Virus record (IMG/VR): IMGVR_UViG_3300011441_000017
Location: 1 to 44,928 of that record
Reading direction: 5' to 3' (one strand)
Source: a virus
Lineage: Duplodnaviria > Caudoviricetes
Length of the DNA: 44,928 nt
In this document: positions 34,092-42,513 of the stretch, piece by piece
How positions within the stretch are numbered: position 1 is the stretch's first letter
How the letters are laid out: each line of letters starts with the position of its first letter
Notes under the pieces: generated by a model
Database searches by the model: none
The model's input: only the letters and a program-made list of their open reading frames with translations
What the model was told of the DNA's origin: nothing
Position numbers and translations under genes: made by a program

Positions 34092-34796
34092 CTACCGCCA
34101 GTTGTCACGCACCCAGTCGAGCCGCTGCGATTCCTCGCCCCACGGGTCCGACTTGCCGTTCCAGAAAATCACGCGCGCGTTCGGGAGCAGGCGCCCGGCC
34201 GCCGGTGCGACGTGGAGCCGATAGCTGAGGACGCCGTCCGCGTCGGACCAGCGGGCTTCCTTGCTCCCCAGGCAGCAACTGATCCACGCCTGGTCCGTCC
34301 CGTAGTAGCCCGCCCGTTGCGCGCGCTCCGGCGACTTGCGCGGATTGAACTCCGTCCAGACCTGCGGCCGCGCGCCGGCAGTCATCAGAAACATGGACCC
34401 GTTGAAGCTGTTCCGCGCGTGCGTGCCATGCCACCCGACGAAGGCTTCCGGCCGATTCCACAGCGGCCGCAGGTCGTCCACGATGACGCAGTCCAGGTCG
34501 AGCGAGACGAACCGATCGCCGAACACCTGGCCGATGTCGGGGTCGAACGCCCGCAGCCGCCGGTAACAACTCGGATACCGCGGTCCCGACGGGTGCCCGA
34601 GGTCCGCGAAGTCGTTCCAGAGCGGCACGAACCGGATCCGGGAATCCAACCCTGTCGGATCGTCCGTGCAACAGATGAATTCGTGCGGGTCCGGATAGTG
34701 ACGCGCCACCATCGACCGCAAGACGTTGACCTGCGCCGGCCCGTAGCTCGAGCGATACCCAGGCGTGTTCCATTTCCAGGTCACCACTCTCAGCAC
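34092..34796 (-). CDS. GT-A glycosyltransferase-like protein
   Basis: FICCTDD, SLDLDCVI (DxD), FNGSMF, TDQAWI, FWNGKSDPW. Confidence 0.75.
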   Translation of the reverse strand: MLRVVTWKWNTPGYRSSYGPAQVNVLRSMVARHYPDPHEFICCTDDPTGLDSRIRFVPLWNDFADLGHPSGPRYPSCYRRLRAFDPDIGQVFGDRFVSLDLDCVIVDDLRPLWNRPEAFVGWHGTHARNSFNGSMFLMTAGARPQVWTEFNPRKSPERAQRAGYYGTDQAWISCCLGSKEARWSDADGVLSYRLHVAPAAGRLLPNARVIFWNGKSDPWGEESQRLDWVRDNWR

Positions 34797-35509
34797 GAAG
34801 CCTCCAACGCGTAGGGCAAGGTGACCCGCAACGGCCTCCAGTTCGGCGTGTCCTCGCGCTTCGCCTTGATCAGGGGCACGTTCCGGCCGTCCTGCTTCTC
34901 CTTGCGCCCGTACGTCGTCGTCGAGGCGTCCGGAATCACCTCGCGCGCGTAGCGAATGAGCGGCTCCGGCCGCATGATGACCGCCGACGCGGCGTGCTGC
35001 ACGCGCTCGCGGAATTCAGAATCGGATCCGTAGTAGCCCGAGAAGCGCTCGTCGTAGCCACCGATGCGGTCGAACATCGCCCGCGTCATCATCCAGGTGT
35101 TCGGGTGCGGCTTGTAGGACGTCAGGGCCGGCGCATCGACGCGCGAGAAGCGATAGACGGCCGTCGCGTCGAGCTCGGCCCCCACAATCCAGCGCAGCGT
35201 GGCCGTCGGGAGGGCGTGGTCGATGTCGGTCAGCAGCACCCAATCGGTGGTCGCCTGCGCCACCCCGAGATTCCGCGCAAAGAGCCAGTTCCAGCGCTTC
35301 TTTTCGAGGGCCCGGAATAGTCGATAGGAGGCGACATCGACCGGCGCGAACGCCGGCAACGCCTCCTTGCCGACCGGCGAGCAGTCATCCGTCACGATCG
35401 CGTGGAACCGCGCCTTCAGGTCGGACGGATACGCCGACCAGATCCGCTGCTGTTCGGCCAGCATGCCCCTGTTTTCAAAATAGGCGCAAATGAACGTCAG
35501 GTCTCTCAT
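34790..35509 (-). CDS. GT2/GT7-like glycosyltransferase
   Basis: VTDDCS, ARNLG, LLTDID, GGYDERFSGYYGSD. Confidence 0.85.
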   Translation of the reverse strand: MRDLTFICAYFENRGMLAEQQRIWSAYPSDLKARFHAIVTDDCSPVGKEALPAFAPVDVASYRLFRALEKKRWNWLFARNLGVAQATTDWVLLTDIDHALPTATLRWIVGAELDATAVYRFSRVDAPALTSYKPHPNTWMMTRAMFDRIGGYDERFSGYYGSDSEFRERVQHAASAVIMRPEPLIRYAREVIPDASTTTYGRKEKQDGRNVPLIKAKREDTPNWRPLRVTLPYALEASC

Positions 35510-36105
35510 CGAGGAATCACCAAGCTGTCGAGATACCGACCCTGCTGAGGCGTCCGGAATGGCGCCGCGCTATACGCCAGCCGGTAGACACCGCGGATCA
35601 ACTCGCCGCGGGCCGTCGCCGCACGTTCCAGCCACACCACTTCGTAGCCATTCGCCGCCGCGATGTCACGGTAGAGGCACTCGTTCGTGACGTAGTAGCA
35701 ATGTTTGCCGTACCCCTGCGACGGGCGGTCGAACGCGATGAATCCGCCCGGCTTCGTCAGGGTGTGCATCGTGCGCCAGACCTGCGCCTGGTCGAAGATG
35801 TGCTCGCCAGTACCGAAGTCCGTGACAAGATCGAAGGGCTGATCTAGCAACGTTTCCAGGCCCTCAGCGTTCAGCAGAGGATTAATCGCCGCGATCGGCA
35901 GATTCAGATCCGCGGTCACCGTGCCCTTCCCGTTTCCGTCGATCGACACGTACCGCCCGCACCCGAGCTCCTGCTCGTACCACACCCGCGCCAACCGTTT
36001 CGTCGGCTCGCCGCACATCCCCTGGTCGCCGAGCTCGCACACCGAGAACCCCTTCGACAGCGGCAGCTGCGCGACGAACGCCGCGGGCTCTTTCTGAATC
36101 CCCAT
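35506..36105 (-). CDS. Class I SAM-dependent methyltransferase-like protein
   Basis: VCELGDQ, SIDGNG, FDLVTDFGTGEHIFD, TKPGG. Confidence 0.7.
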   Translation of the reverse strand: MGIQKEPAAFVAQLPLSKGFSVCELGDQGMCGEPTKRLARVWYEQELGCGRYVSIDGNGKGTVTADLNLPIAAINPLLNAEGLETLLDQPFDLVTDFGTGEHIFDQAQVWRTMHTLTKPGGFIAFDRPSQGYGKHCYYVTNECLYRDIAAANGYEVVWLERAATARGELIRGVYRLAYSAAPFRTPQQGRYLDSLVIPR

Positions 36106-36659
36106 CAGCCGACCACCCAATAGAACGACGGGGCCTTATCGCCCGCCAGGACGAACCACGGATCGATCGCATGCTTCCGCACGAACGCGTCGACCGCGGC
36201 CTTCACCTCGATAAACGGCTCGTGGGCGCGCTCCGAGTAGTCGTGCCCGGCCACGATCCCACCGATCCGCACCTTCGGCGCCCACGCCTCGAGGTCTTGA
36301 TCGACGAACGGTCGCCGGTGGTTCCCGTCGATGTAGACGAAATCGAGCGACCGGTCCGGCACGCGCGACGCGGCCTCGAGGGACGTCGTCCGCCAGATCG
36401 TGCAGCGGTACGGGGCCAGGCGGACGAGCGCCTCGCGGTACGCCGCTTCGAGCCGCTCCGCGTTGTTCTTCTCCTCGCGATACTCGTCATAGGCGCACCA
36501 TGGATCCACGCAGAGCAGATCCAACCCGGGGATCGCTTTACACAGCTTCTTCGAGAACTGCCCCGTCCAGACGCCGACCTCGGCGCCGTCGCAGAAGCCG
36601 AGATCCGCGAAGACTTGGCAGAGGTCCGCCCGGCCGCGCTTGGAGACGTTCGGCGACAT
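36105..36659 (-). CDS. Class I SAM methyltransferase (Methyltransf_24-like)
   Basis: GAEVGVWTG, CVDPW, LDFVYIDGNH, GGIVAGHDY. Confidence 0.88.
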   Translation of the reverse strand: MSPNVSKRGRADLCQVFADLGFCDGAEVGVWTGQFSKKLCKAIPGLDLLCVDPWCAYDEYREEKNNAERLEAAYREALVRLAPYRCTIWRTTSLEAASRVPDRSLDFVYIDGNHRRPFVDQDLEAWAPKVRIGGIVAGHDYSERAHEPFIEVKAAVDAFVRKHAIDPWFVLAGDKAPSFYWVVG

Positions 36660-37345
36660 CACGCCCACCCGCCCCAGGCCTGCTCGAACCACGGCCAGCG
36701 CGCCACGGCTTCGTGCGGCTTTGGCTTCTTCACGAGGACCACCTTCGCCTCGTCAGGCCAGGGGGGCTGCTGTCGACTGATACGTGGGAACCAGGCGTAG
36801 GGCATCGCCGCGGCCGTTGGATAGCGTTCGGCGATCCAATCCTGATCGGTGCTCAGACGCTGCGCCACGTCGGGCGTCCACGCGTTGTAGATGTCCGCGC
36901 CAAAGCCAGCGTCCCAGACCATAACGCTGGAATTGAAGGCCCTAACCAGCTTCCGACCGTAGCGATCCGTGTCGAGGTGCGCGCGTTCCTTGACAAGCGC
37001 GTCCTCGGTGATCGCGAACGGCGCCGGGTAGTCGACGATCGGCGAAAGGTCCGAGACGAGCAACGAGTCGAGGTCGATGTAGAGCACGCGGCCCCTAAAT
37101 CCGACAGCCTGGTAGAACAGGCTGACCTTGTTCCAATAGCCAACGCCGTTCCGTGGTACAGCCGTCGCCAGGCTTTGGATGCGGATCCGCCCAATCGACG
37201 ACGGCAACTCGCTCGGTTGATCGGTCAGACAGACGAAGTCGAACGGCCGATCGAGATACCGCCGGACCATGCGCTCGAGGCGCACGACATAGTCGGATGT
37301 GTACGGCACCGGACCCCGCACCCAGACGCAGCAGACGGTCAGCAT
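36659..37345 (-). CDS. GT-A glycosyltransferase-like protein (paralogue of 34092-34796)
   Basis: FVCLTD, WNKVSLF, LYIDLD (DxD), FNSSVMVW, TDQDWI, KPKPH. Confidence 0.78.
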   Translation of the reverse strand: MLTVCCVWVRGPVPYTSDYVVRLERMVRRYLDRPFDFVCLTDQPSELPSSIGRIRIQSLATAVPRNGVGYWNKVSLFYQAVGFRGRVLYIDLDSLLVSDLSPIVDYPAPFAITEDALVKERAHLDTDRYGRKLVRAFNSSVMVWDAGFGADIYNAWTPDVAQRLSTDQDWIAERYPTAAAMPYAWFPRISRQQPPWPDEAKVVLVKKPKPHEAVARWPWFEQAWGGWA

Positions 37346-37509
37346 CAGCCCACCATCCATGACCAGAGGCGCGCCAAAAGCGACGATGGCTTAGGCTCAG
37401 GAAATACGCACGTCCTCGGCGGCGTCGCATTGGACAGGTAGCGTTCGCAGAACCTGTAGCCCTCGGGCATACTCCAGCCGCACCGTGGACAGTATCGAAA
37501 CGGCTTCAT
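37345..37509 (-). CDS. Small Cys-rich hypothetical protein
   Basis: MKPFRYCPRCG...FC...C; start/stop overlaps at both ends. Confidence 0.5.
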   Translation of the reverse strand: MKPFRYCPRCGWSMPEGYRFCERYLSNATPPRTCVFPEPKPSSLLARLWSWMVG

Positions 37510-38102
37510 CCGACCACCGGGTGTTTCTGCGGCACACCGATCGCGATCCACCGCTTCGCGCGTTTGTCCAACCGGTCGTAGGCGGCCGGGAGCGGCAGGT
37601 CCTCGCCGAGTGGCACGAGTTCGAAGTGCGCCTCCGTGACCGTCGTCTCCCACCAGTCCGGAGACTCTAAAATCAGATGCGCGTTCCGCCCGTCGGCGAG
37701 CACCTTGTTTGCCTCGTCGAGCGCGACGACGAAGAACACCGCCTGTCGCGCGAGCGCGTGGATGTGCGCGAGCACGGCCGGCAGTCGCTCTGGCTCGATG
37801 TGCTCGAGCACGTCTGTCGTCACGACGAGGTCGGCAAATGACGGCGGGTTCTCCTTGCCAGGCACGCCCGGGTCGTATTCCGCCAGCCGCAGGTGTAGGC
37901 CGTGCCGGCTCGCCAGTTCGAGCGTCAGCGACCCTTGTCCGGACCCGTAGTCGAGGACCGACGCGCAGCCGTAGCGTCGCGCGAGCGCCACGACGGTGTC
38001 GGCCCACTTCTTGCCCTTGCCCCCGTAGCCCTTCGGACGCGTGTGCAGTTCGCGCTGCATCGCGGCGTACTCGGGCGAAATCAACTCGCTCGCGCGCATC
38101 AT
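37506..38102 (-). CDS. Class I SAM-dependent methyltransferase
   Basis: VLDYGSGQG, EYDPG, DLVVTTDVLEHI. Confidence 0.85.
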   Translation of the reverse strand: MMRASELISPEYAAMQRELHTRPKGYGGKGKKWADTVVALARRYGCASVLDYGSGQGSLTLELASRHGLHLRLAEYDPGVPGKENPPSFADLVVTTDVLEHIEPERLPAVLAHIHALARQAVFFVVALDEANKVLADGRNAHLILESPDWWETTVTEAHFELVPLGEDLPLPAAYDRLDKRAKRWIAIGVPQKHPVVG

Positions 38103-38893
38103 CAGACCTTCAGTCCCACATGCTGCTTGTACTTGAAGTCCTTCCGCGCGGCCTGGTCGAACGGGGTCACGCGGTAGCGCTCGATCCCGTAGCCCTCAGC
38201 CTGGCTCTCGGCATAGAGCCGGTCGTAGCAGGCGACGAGCTCGGCGTTTGGATGCGCGAATACCTCGCCCTCGTACCAGTGCCGCCGGCCTTCCGCCGCG
38301 AGCCGAGGCACGGCATACTTCAGGTGCAGCTGCGTCTCGATGCGGGTGAAGTGCACCGCCTTCAACCGCGGGTCGTCGAGGCTCCACCCCTTCAGATCCG
38401 GGCAGTCCCAGTTCCCGTCCGTCGGCGCCAGCAAGTCGGGATGCGCCCGGAAGTAGTTCAGCATCCGCCCGTGGGCATCGTCCATGCCGCGCAGCTTGTC
38501 TAGGCCGGGAATGTGGCCCTTCGCGCGCGCGCAGTCGAACAGGATGCAGGACGTCGAGAGCTTCCCGGTCGCGTTGCGCACGAGCGCGACGTGCGGGATG
38601 GGTTGGGCCCAGAGCTCGGCGAGGTCCGCGACGAAGAAGAAGTCCGCGTCGGTGTAGATGGCGCGGCCCTCGTAGTTGCACACCGACGGAATCGACCATC
38701 GGAAGTGCGTGAACGGCGTCCGACCGGTCTTGCAGGCCCAGCCGGACCACGGCCCATCGGCCGCCTGGCGCATCCAGGTGATGTCGAGCGGCAGCGAGCA
38801 GTGCTTCCGCGCCGTGTATTCGAGCACGGCTTGCGCCTCGAGGTCTTCGTTGTTCGCACCGACGCCGACGAAGAGCCGAATCGGTTCACTCAT
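38102..38893 (-). CDS. GT8-like glycosyltransferase
   Basis: TPFTHFRWSIP, AIYTDAD (DxD), DLAELW, SCILFDC, NWDC, VHFT. Confidence 0.8.
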   Translation of the reverse strand: MSEPIRLFVGVGANNEDLEAQAVLEYTARKHCSLPLDITWMRQAADGPWSGWACKTGRTPFTHFRWSIPSVCNYEGRAIYTDADFFFVADLAELWAQPIPHVALVRNATGKLSTSCILFDCARAKGHIPGLDKLRGMDDAHGRMLNYFRAHPDLLAPTDGNWDCPDLKGWSLDDPRLKAVHFTRIETQLHLKYAVPRLAAEGRRHWYEGEVFAHPNAELVACYDRLYAESQAEGYGIERYRVTPFDQAARKDFKYKQHVGLKV

Positions 38894-39567
38894 GCGGACC
38901 TCTGGACGTAGGGACGGCGCCGACTGCTATGGTCGGCGTGATCGTGGCGGGCATAGGGGTTGTCGTGGCGGGTGCCTCGAAGCGCGCGAATCTCAAGACC
39001 ATGCCGCCACGCGCTGTAATCAAGACTGACCTGCGTGTTATCGCCGGGATGCCGACGGATCTGCTCATCCCAGGTCTCGTTGAAGTGCGCCACCTCTCGA
39101 CTCCGTTTCCGCACCAGGATGCAGGAGATGCTCAAGTGCGGCGACTGGAAGCCTTCGCCGAGATACTGCAGCACCTGGCGGCCGACGGCGTCTCGCTCAG
39201 ACTGGCCGATCCGGACCAGCCGCGCCGCCTCCCGGTACGGCGACGCCCGCTCGTGATGCCGCAGCGCGGCGATGGGTGCGGCGCCGGCATCGCGCACCAA
39301 CTGCGGCAGGTCGACGAGCGTGAATGACGCATCGATCCAGACGACGGTCGAGTACTTCGAGAACAGGAGGTGTGGCACGCACCGGAGGTGCCAGGCTTCC
39401 CGTCGTGGATCGCTGGCCTCCTGGTGCACCAACTGCCAGCCCTCCGGATCGCGGGTGATGTCGTCCGTGAAGCAGACGCACCGGTCGGCCCCGAGCGGCG
39501 CCATTTTTAGGCTGTCGCTCGCGCCGAAGATGGTCGTATAGACAACCACGCCGCGCGCGTCGATCAT
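38890..39567 (-). CDS. DUF616-like glycosyltransferase-domain protein
   Basis: VVYTTIFGASD, CFTD, VWIDAS, H..R, QVSLDYSAW. Confidence 0.75.
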   Translation of the reverse strand: MIDARGVVVYTTIFGASDSLKMAPLGADRCVCFTDDITRDPEGWQLVHQEASDPRREAWHLRCVPHLLFSKYSTVVWIDASFTLVDLPQLVRDAGAAPIAALRHHERASPYREAARLVRIGQSERDAVGRQVLQYLGEGFQSPHLSISCILVRKRSREVAHFNETWDEQIRRHPGDNTQVSLDYSAWRHGLEIRALRGTRHDNPYARHDHADHSSRRRPYVQRSA

Positions 39568-39737
39568 TCCTTCCATCCTCCGAGTTGCGCGAGATGCGCC
39601 AGCGTCGCACACGCCAGCGCCTCCGTTTTCCAGAAGGCGCGCTCGGCGGCATCGAGCTCGTGCTTGCCTTCCACTTCGGCACGCAGCGTCTCGAGGGCGA
39701 CTTCGGTGCGCTTCACATATTCCTGAACCGTCTTCAT
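39564..39737 (-). CDS. Small hypothetical protein (57 aa)
   Basis: Read manually, MKTVQEYVKRTEVALE...; ATGA overlaps at both ends. Confidence 0.55.
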   Translation of the reverse strand: MKTVQEYVKRTEVALETLRAEVEGKHELDAAERAFWKTEALACATLAHLAQLGGWKE

Positions 39738-40369
39738 AGAAACTCCTCGATCGGTCGCCGCTCAAAGGCCTTCACTCGCGTGCTCGGCGAGACGTTGACG
39801 ATCCGGATCCCCTTCGCTCGAGCGTCCTCGGCCAGGCCCGCCAACGGCGCCATGTGCCGCTGGAAGTGCTCCTCCGGAATGTGCATCATCGGATGCGGCC
39901 ACTCGCCCTCGAACCAGCGGCGCCCGCGCATGTCGTAGCCAATCAGCACGATCTCGGTCGCCCCGAAGTGGTACGCAAGGTTGATGGCCGACGTCCCGGA
40001 GTCGTAGCCGCAGACGTGCCCCGGCAGATCGCACAGCTTCGTGTGCTCCTTCGTCCGCGTGACGCGCTTGACCGTCGCCGGGAGCTCGTGATCAGACTTC
40101 CCGCGCACGACCATGTAGGTCCCGCGGAACTTCGGAATGAGCGGCAACGCGATCTGCGGCGTCCGCTCGCCCCCGAGGAAGAGCACGTCGGCATCCGGAC
40201 GCAGGAGCACGCCTTCCTTGATGACGATAAACCGCCCCTTCAGCTTCGGGATGAGGGCGCGCTGCTCGCGCACGCTCTCCCCGCCACAGAGGACGAAGCA
40301 CCGCTCGCCCACCCACTCGCGCGGGACGGTCCAGACCGGCGGCAGCGTCCACCCCTCGGGACGGCTCAT
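39734..40369 (-). CDS. DUF115/Maf-like (sialyltransferase-like fold) protein
   Basis: CFVLCGGES, DSGTSAINLAYHFGATEIVLIGYDM, IRIVNVS. Confidence 0.7.
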   Translation of the reverse strand: MSRPEGWTLPPVWTVPREWVGERCFVLCGGESVREQRALIPKLKGRFIVIKEGVLLRPDADVLFLGGERTPQIALPLIPKFRGTYMVVRGKSDHELPATVKRVTRTKEHTKLCDLPGHVCGYDSGTSAINLAYHFGATEIVLIGYDMRGRRWFEGEWPHPMMHIPEEHFQRHMAPLAGLAEDARAKGIRIVNVSPSTRVKAFERRPIEEFL

Positions 40370-41232
40370 GCGGCCCTCCGCAGCGCCGAGCGGAGGATCT
40401 GCTGATACCGCGCCGCGATGGTGCCGTCGGTGTAATCGTCGACCCGCGCCAGCCCGTTGACATAGGCCATCTGCCGCACGTCGTAGGCGGCCATAGTCTG
40501 CAGCGCCGTCACAAGGTCGCCGGGCCGCTCGACGACGGCGCCCGCTGGTTGGATCTCCCCGAAGGCCGCGCAGCCCTGCGTCAGGATGGGCCGACCGGCG
40601 GCGATGGCGTTGACGTACTTGACGCCGCTCTTCCACTCGCGACACGCCCACCCGTCCCACTCGTCGCCGCGAAAGGCGACCAGCAGGTCGGCCTCCCGGA
40701 TGTCAGGCGGGTTGATGACAAACCGCATCCCCAATCGGTCGCACGCGCGCTCGATGGCGCCCTTCCACGACCCGAGATACCGCGGCGAGCCGTCATAGGC
40801 GACCAGCTCGACCCGTGGCCGGATCGGTTTCGGCCGCAGCCCGAGGCGGCTGTGATGGGGCAGGTAGACGCCGCCGATCGCCGTCGCCATCGCCTGTGTC
40901 GCGCCGATCACGAGCCGCGCGCCGGACTCGCGCTGGACCTGCGCCGTGCGCGCGAGATGCCACGCCGGGCCTTGACTGTTGTCCCGCGGCTGTTTCCAGT
41001 AGTCGAGGACGTCCCAGATCACCGGAATCCCGATCTTCCCGGTCTCTTTCCACCAGACTTCCGCGGCCCGCTTCACGAGCACGATCACCTCTGGCCACGA
41101 CCAGTCGATTTGATGCGCGCGTGTCGCGCACCTGGCCACGGCCGGGCCACCCATCGCGTCGGCCATCTGCCGCCCGCGCATCTGCCAGGCCCCCTTATCG
41201 CAGCCGAGGAAGAGCACCTTCGGACTTGTCAT
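40366..41232 (-). CDS. GT-B glycosyltransferase-like protein
   Basis: IVLVKR, PVIWDVLD, VAYDGS, WKSGVKYVNAIAAGRPIL. Confidence 0.65.
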   Translation of the reverse strand: MTSPKVLFLGCDKGAWQMRGRQMADAMGGPAVARCATRAHQIDWSWPEVIVLVKRAAEVWWKETGKIGIPVIWDVLDYWKQPRDNSQGPAWHLARTAQVQRESGARLVIGATQAMATAIGGVYLPHHSRLGLRPKPIRPRVELVAYDGSPRYLGSWKGAIERACDRLGMRFVINPPDIREADLLVAFRGDEWDGWACREWKSGVKYVNAIAAGRPILTQGCAAFGEIQPAGAVVERPGDLVTALQTMAAYDVRQMAYVNGLARVDDYTDGTIAARYQQILRSALRRAA

Positions 41233-41606
41233 CTTGACACTCGCACGCGTGCGGACGGGTATTCCTCGCACGCCGCCAAGTACCGCTCGACCCATGGCAC
41301 AAAGTGTTCGTACGAACCCCACCCATTCCGCGGGTTGTGCTTAATGAACCGCGCTGGCTCGGAGCGCATGAGCGTGACCGCCGTCCGCAGAGGCTCGATT
41401 AGTTGCCCGGCGAGTTCGATTCCGATCTCTTCTGGCCTCCAGAGATGCTCATAGATGCCAGCCTCGGAGGCCATCGCGGTAAGGTTGTGGGTGCAATTCG
41501 CGTCGAAGAACGTAGGCGTGGCACCACGTTCATGCCGATGCCCGCAGTGCGAGCACTCGCACGCTTCGGTGATTGGTTCGCCATGCAGATACACGTTGAG
41601 GCTCAT
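41229..41606 (-). CDS. Phage hypothetical protein
   Basis: ANCTHNLTAMASEAGIY...NPRNGWGSYE; ATGA-coupled. Confidence 0.65.
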   Translation of the reverse strand: MSLNVYLHGEPITEACECSHCGHRHERGATPTFFDANCTHNLTAMASEAGIYEHLWRPEEIGIELAGQLIEPLRTAVTLMRSEPARFIKHNPRNGWGSYEHFVPWVERYLAACEEYPSARVRVSR

Positions 41607-42304
41607 TCCGTCACCGCCGGCGCCTTGTCGTGGGACTTGTCCTTCTTCGAGAGCGTCATCGGCTCGCCCCGTCGAAACTTGCGGACAAAGAGCGCGATGT
41701 GTCCGAGGTCGATCGCGTGCACGCCGCGCGCGCAGAGCTCGACGGCCATCACCGTCGCGGTCGGCCCGAGACAGAGCAGGGCCCGCTTCGGCTGTCCGAT
41801 GCGATCGATCAGCCGGTCATAGTCCGCCCACGCGTCCTGCGGCGTGCTCACGATCTCGCGGACCTCGCCGGCGCCGACCAGGTCATCGCAGAGCAACCCT
41901 TTCCCACTGCCGCGCACGAGCGTCACGTCCTGACCGAGCCAGAGGGACTCGACCTGCCGCCAGTACTCCGGCGTGTTGATCCACGGGGCGGAGTCCGGAC
42001 GCGTGATGAACGAGCTCACGTATGGACGCGCCGTGTTGAGAAAGGTCGCGTACTCTTGGAACGGCTGCCAGAACTCCGCCTTCGGTGTCTGGCTGTGGAT
42101 GTTCGGGATCCCCACCATGCACGACCCCGAGTCGACGAGGATCGCGCGCAACCGTTTCGCCAGCTCCGGGTGGTAGTCCTGGCTCACGTTCCGGTTCCCG
42201 GCGCAGTGTTTGAATTCCCCGTCCCCGTAGCGGGCGATGCTCGCGCCGGCGACCACGCGCCGCATGGTTTCCTCTTCCGACCGTACTCGTGGATACCCCG
42301 TCAC
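41603..42304 (-). CDS. GT-D fold (DUF1792-like) glycosyltransferase
   Basis: SIARYGDGEF, FITRP, LLCLGPTATVMAVEL...AIDLGHI. Confidence 0.88.
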   Translation of the reverse strand: MTGYPRVRSEEETMRRVVAGASIARYGDGEFKHCAGNRNVSQDYHPELAKRLRAILVDSGSCMVGIPNIHSQTPKAEFWQPFQEYATFLNTARPYVSSFITRPDSAPWINTPEYWRQVESLWLGQDVTLVRGSGKGLLCDDLVGAGEVREIVSTPQDAWADYDRLIDRIGQPKRALLCLGPTATVMAVELCARGVHAIDLGHIALFVRKFRRGEPMTLSKKDKSHDKAPAVTE

Positions 42305-42513
42305 TGCGTCCCCTTGGCCGTCGCCGCAAACCGCGTGCGGGTTGATAGGCCCGCGGCCGCCGCGACCTCGGCCTGCATCACCGCCAACAGTTTCAGCATG
42401 TCCTCGATCGAATCGAAGACCACGACCTGGTCAGCGAAGGCGATCGAGCGCGCCCCCTTGCGGTTGACGATGGCGTCCTTGAGCAGATCGATGTCAGCTT
42501 GCACCCACGGCAT
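42301..42513 (-). CDS. Head-tail adaptor, gpW-like
   Basis: MPWVQADIDLLKDAI...GARSIAFADQVVVFDSIEDM; directly after terL. Confidence 0.8.
   Translation of the reverse strand: MPWVQADIDLLKDAIVNRKGARSIAFADQVVVFDSIEDMLKLLAVMQAEVAAAAGLSTRTRFAATAKGTQ

Noticed and set aside
34092-42304. O-antigen conversion or DNA hypermodification as the role of the GT cluster
   Set aside because: No GtrA/GtrB or membrane GTs, no hydroxymethylase/TET/kinase genes in the window, and a late head-operon location; disfavoured but not excluded
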